NCBI GenBank assembly: GCA_051362555.1 | Contig: CM120641.1 | Span: forward strand, 5,208,001 to 5,272,000 | Length of the DNA: 64,000 bases | Origin: Lingula anatina | Taxonomy: Eukaryota > Animalia > Brachiopoda | Direction of reading: 5' to 3' | Shown: piece by piece, positions 63,153-64,000 of the stretch | How positions within the stretch are numbered: position 1 is the stretch's first letter | Layout: each line of letters begins with the position of its first letter | The notes under the pieces: model-generated | Told to the model about the DNA's origin: nothing | Database searches by the model: none | The model's input: the letters and a program-made list of their open reading frames with translations, nothing else | Program-made: the position numbers and the translations under genes

Positions 63153-64000
63153 GTGAGAATCAGTATTTTGTGGTTTTTTAAAAAGCTGATTCAATTTATT
63201 TATGTTTGTCCTCATTCATACATTTTAGTTTTTACCAAAACAGCTTTCTGATTTTTTTTTCTTAGTAAGATTAGTATTAATTTAAGGGACATTGATAAGT
63301 AATATCATCATAAGAATTTTATCATCTTTATCTCTGTGTTTCAATTATCTATATGGGTTTACTTTGGAAAACAAACCCCTCTAGATTCATCATTTTAAAA
63401 AAGGTGTGTGTGTTGATAAATATCTCAGACATTTTGGCATCTTTTCTTTTATCTCCAAAATTGAATGAATACATTCTTATTATATTTTTTATTGTACTAG
63501 AAGAAACATGATAAATTGAAAGTGTTTATGATACAAATTGGCATCAACTTGAAGTAATAACTCTGTTTTTCTGCAATAACTCTGTTTTTCTGCCAGCAGT
63601 TTACCTAAGCACCAAGGAATTTGTCTTCTAATGGATTGTTTGAATAAAATGGGTTCAACTGATAGTTTTGAAAGACAAATATTTTTAAGATGTATACTTT
63701 ATGAAAGGAGTTTTTCGCATGAAATTCTGGGGTCATTGAAACATCAATTCACAAAACCCTTGGGTCTTAAATCCTTTAACGGAATAACTTCTTTTTAAAA
63801 TATTTATGTCAGCTTCCAAGAAACTTACCAAATAAAACATGAGTTCCAGTTTGTCATCTTTAAATAATAATATACAGATGCTTAAAATATGTTGCATATT
63901 GATTAATTCAACCAGTAAAGTGAAAACCCTTTTATAAACTGTCTGGACACAAGCACTCAATTCATTCCCACCCAAACACACAAGTTATCCTAAGTACACA

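Overview
AT-rich, intron-rich animal genomic DNA. The repeat types and protein sequences suggest a lophotrochozoan, probably a mollusc; this is inferred, not proven. Three conserved spliced genes were reconstructed by hand from GT-AG boundaries and reading frame: Pellino E3 ligase (minus strand, ATG 22045, runs off the left edge), RALGAPB (minus, complete CDS 45187->23670, about 27 exons) and TRIP11/GMAP-210 (plus, ATG 46040, runs off the right edge). RALGAPB and TRIP11 are head-to-head on a short bidirectional promoter. Two antisense coding units lie inside introns. One is a complete 5-exon, 189-aa secreted Cys-rich/EGF-like, possibly GPI-anchored gene inside Pellino, bracketed by MITEs. The other is a 193-aa single-pass membrane ORF with TRAF-type motifs inside RALGAPB. 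The introns also carry many fold-back MITEs and two inverted copies of a Helentron/HINE-like element with about 146-bp tandem units, most containing a perfect nuclear-receptor DR1 site. No rRNA, tRNA or CRISPR features were recognised.
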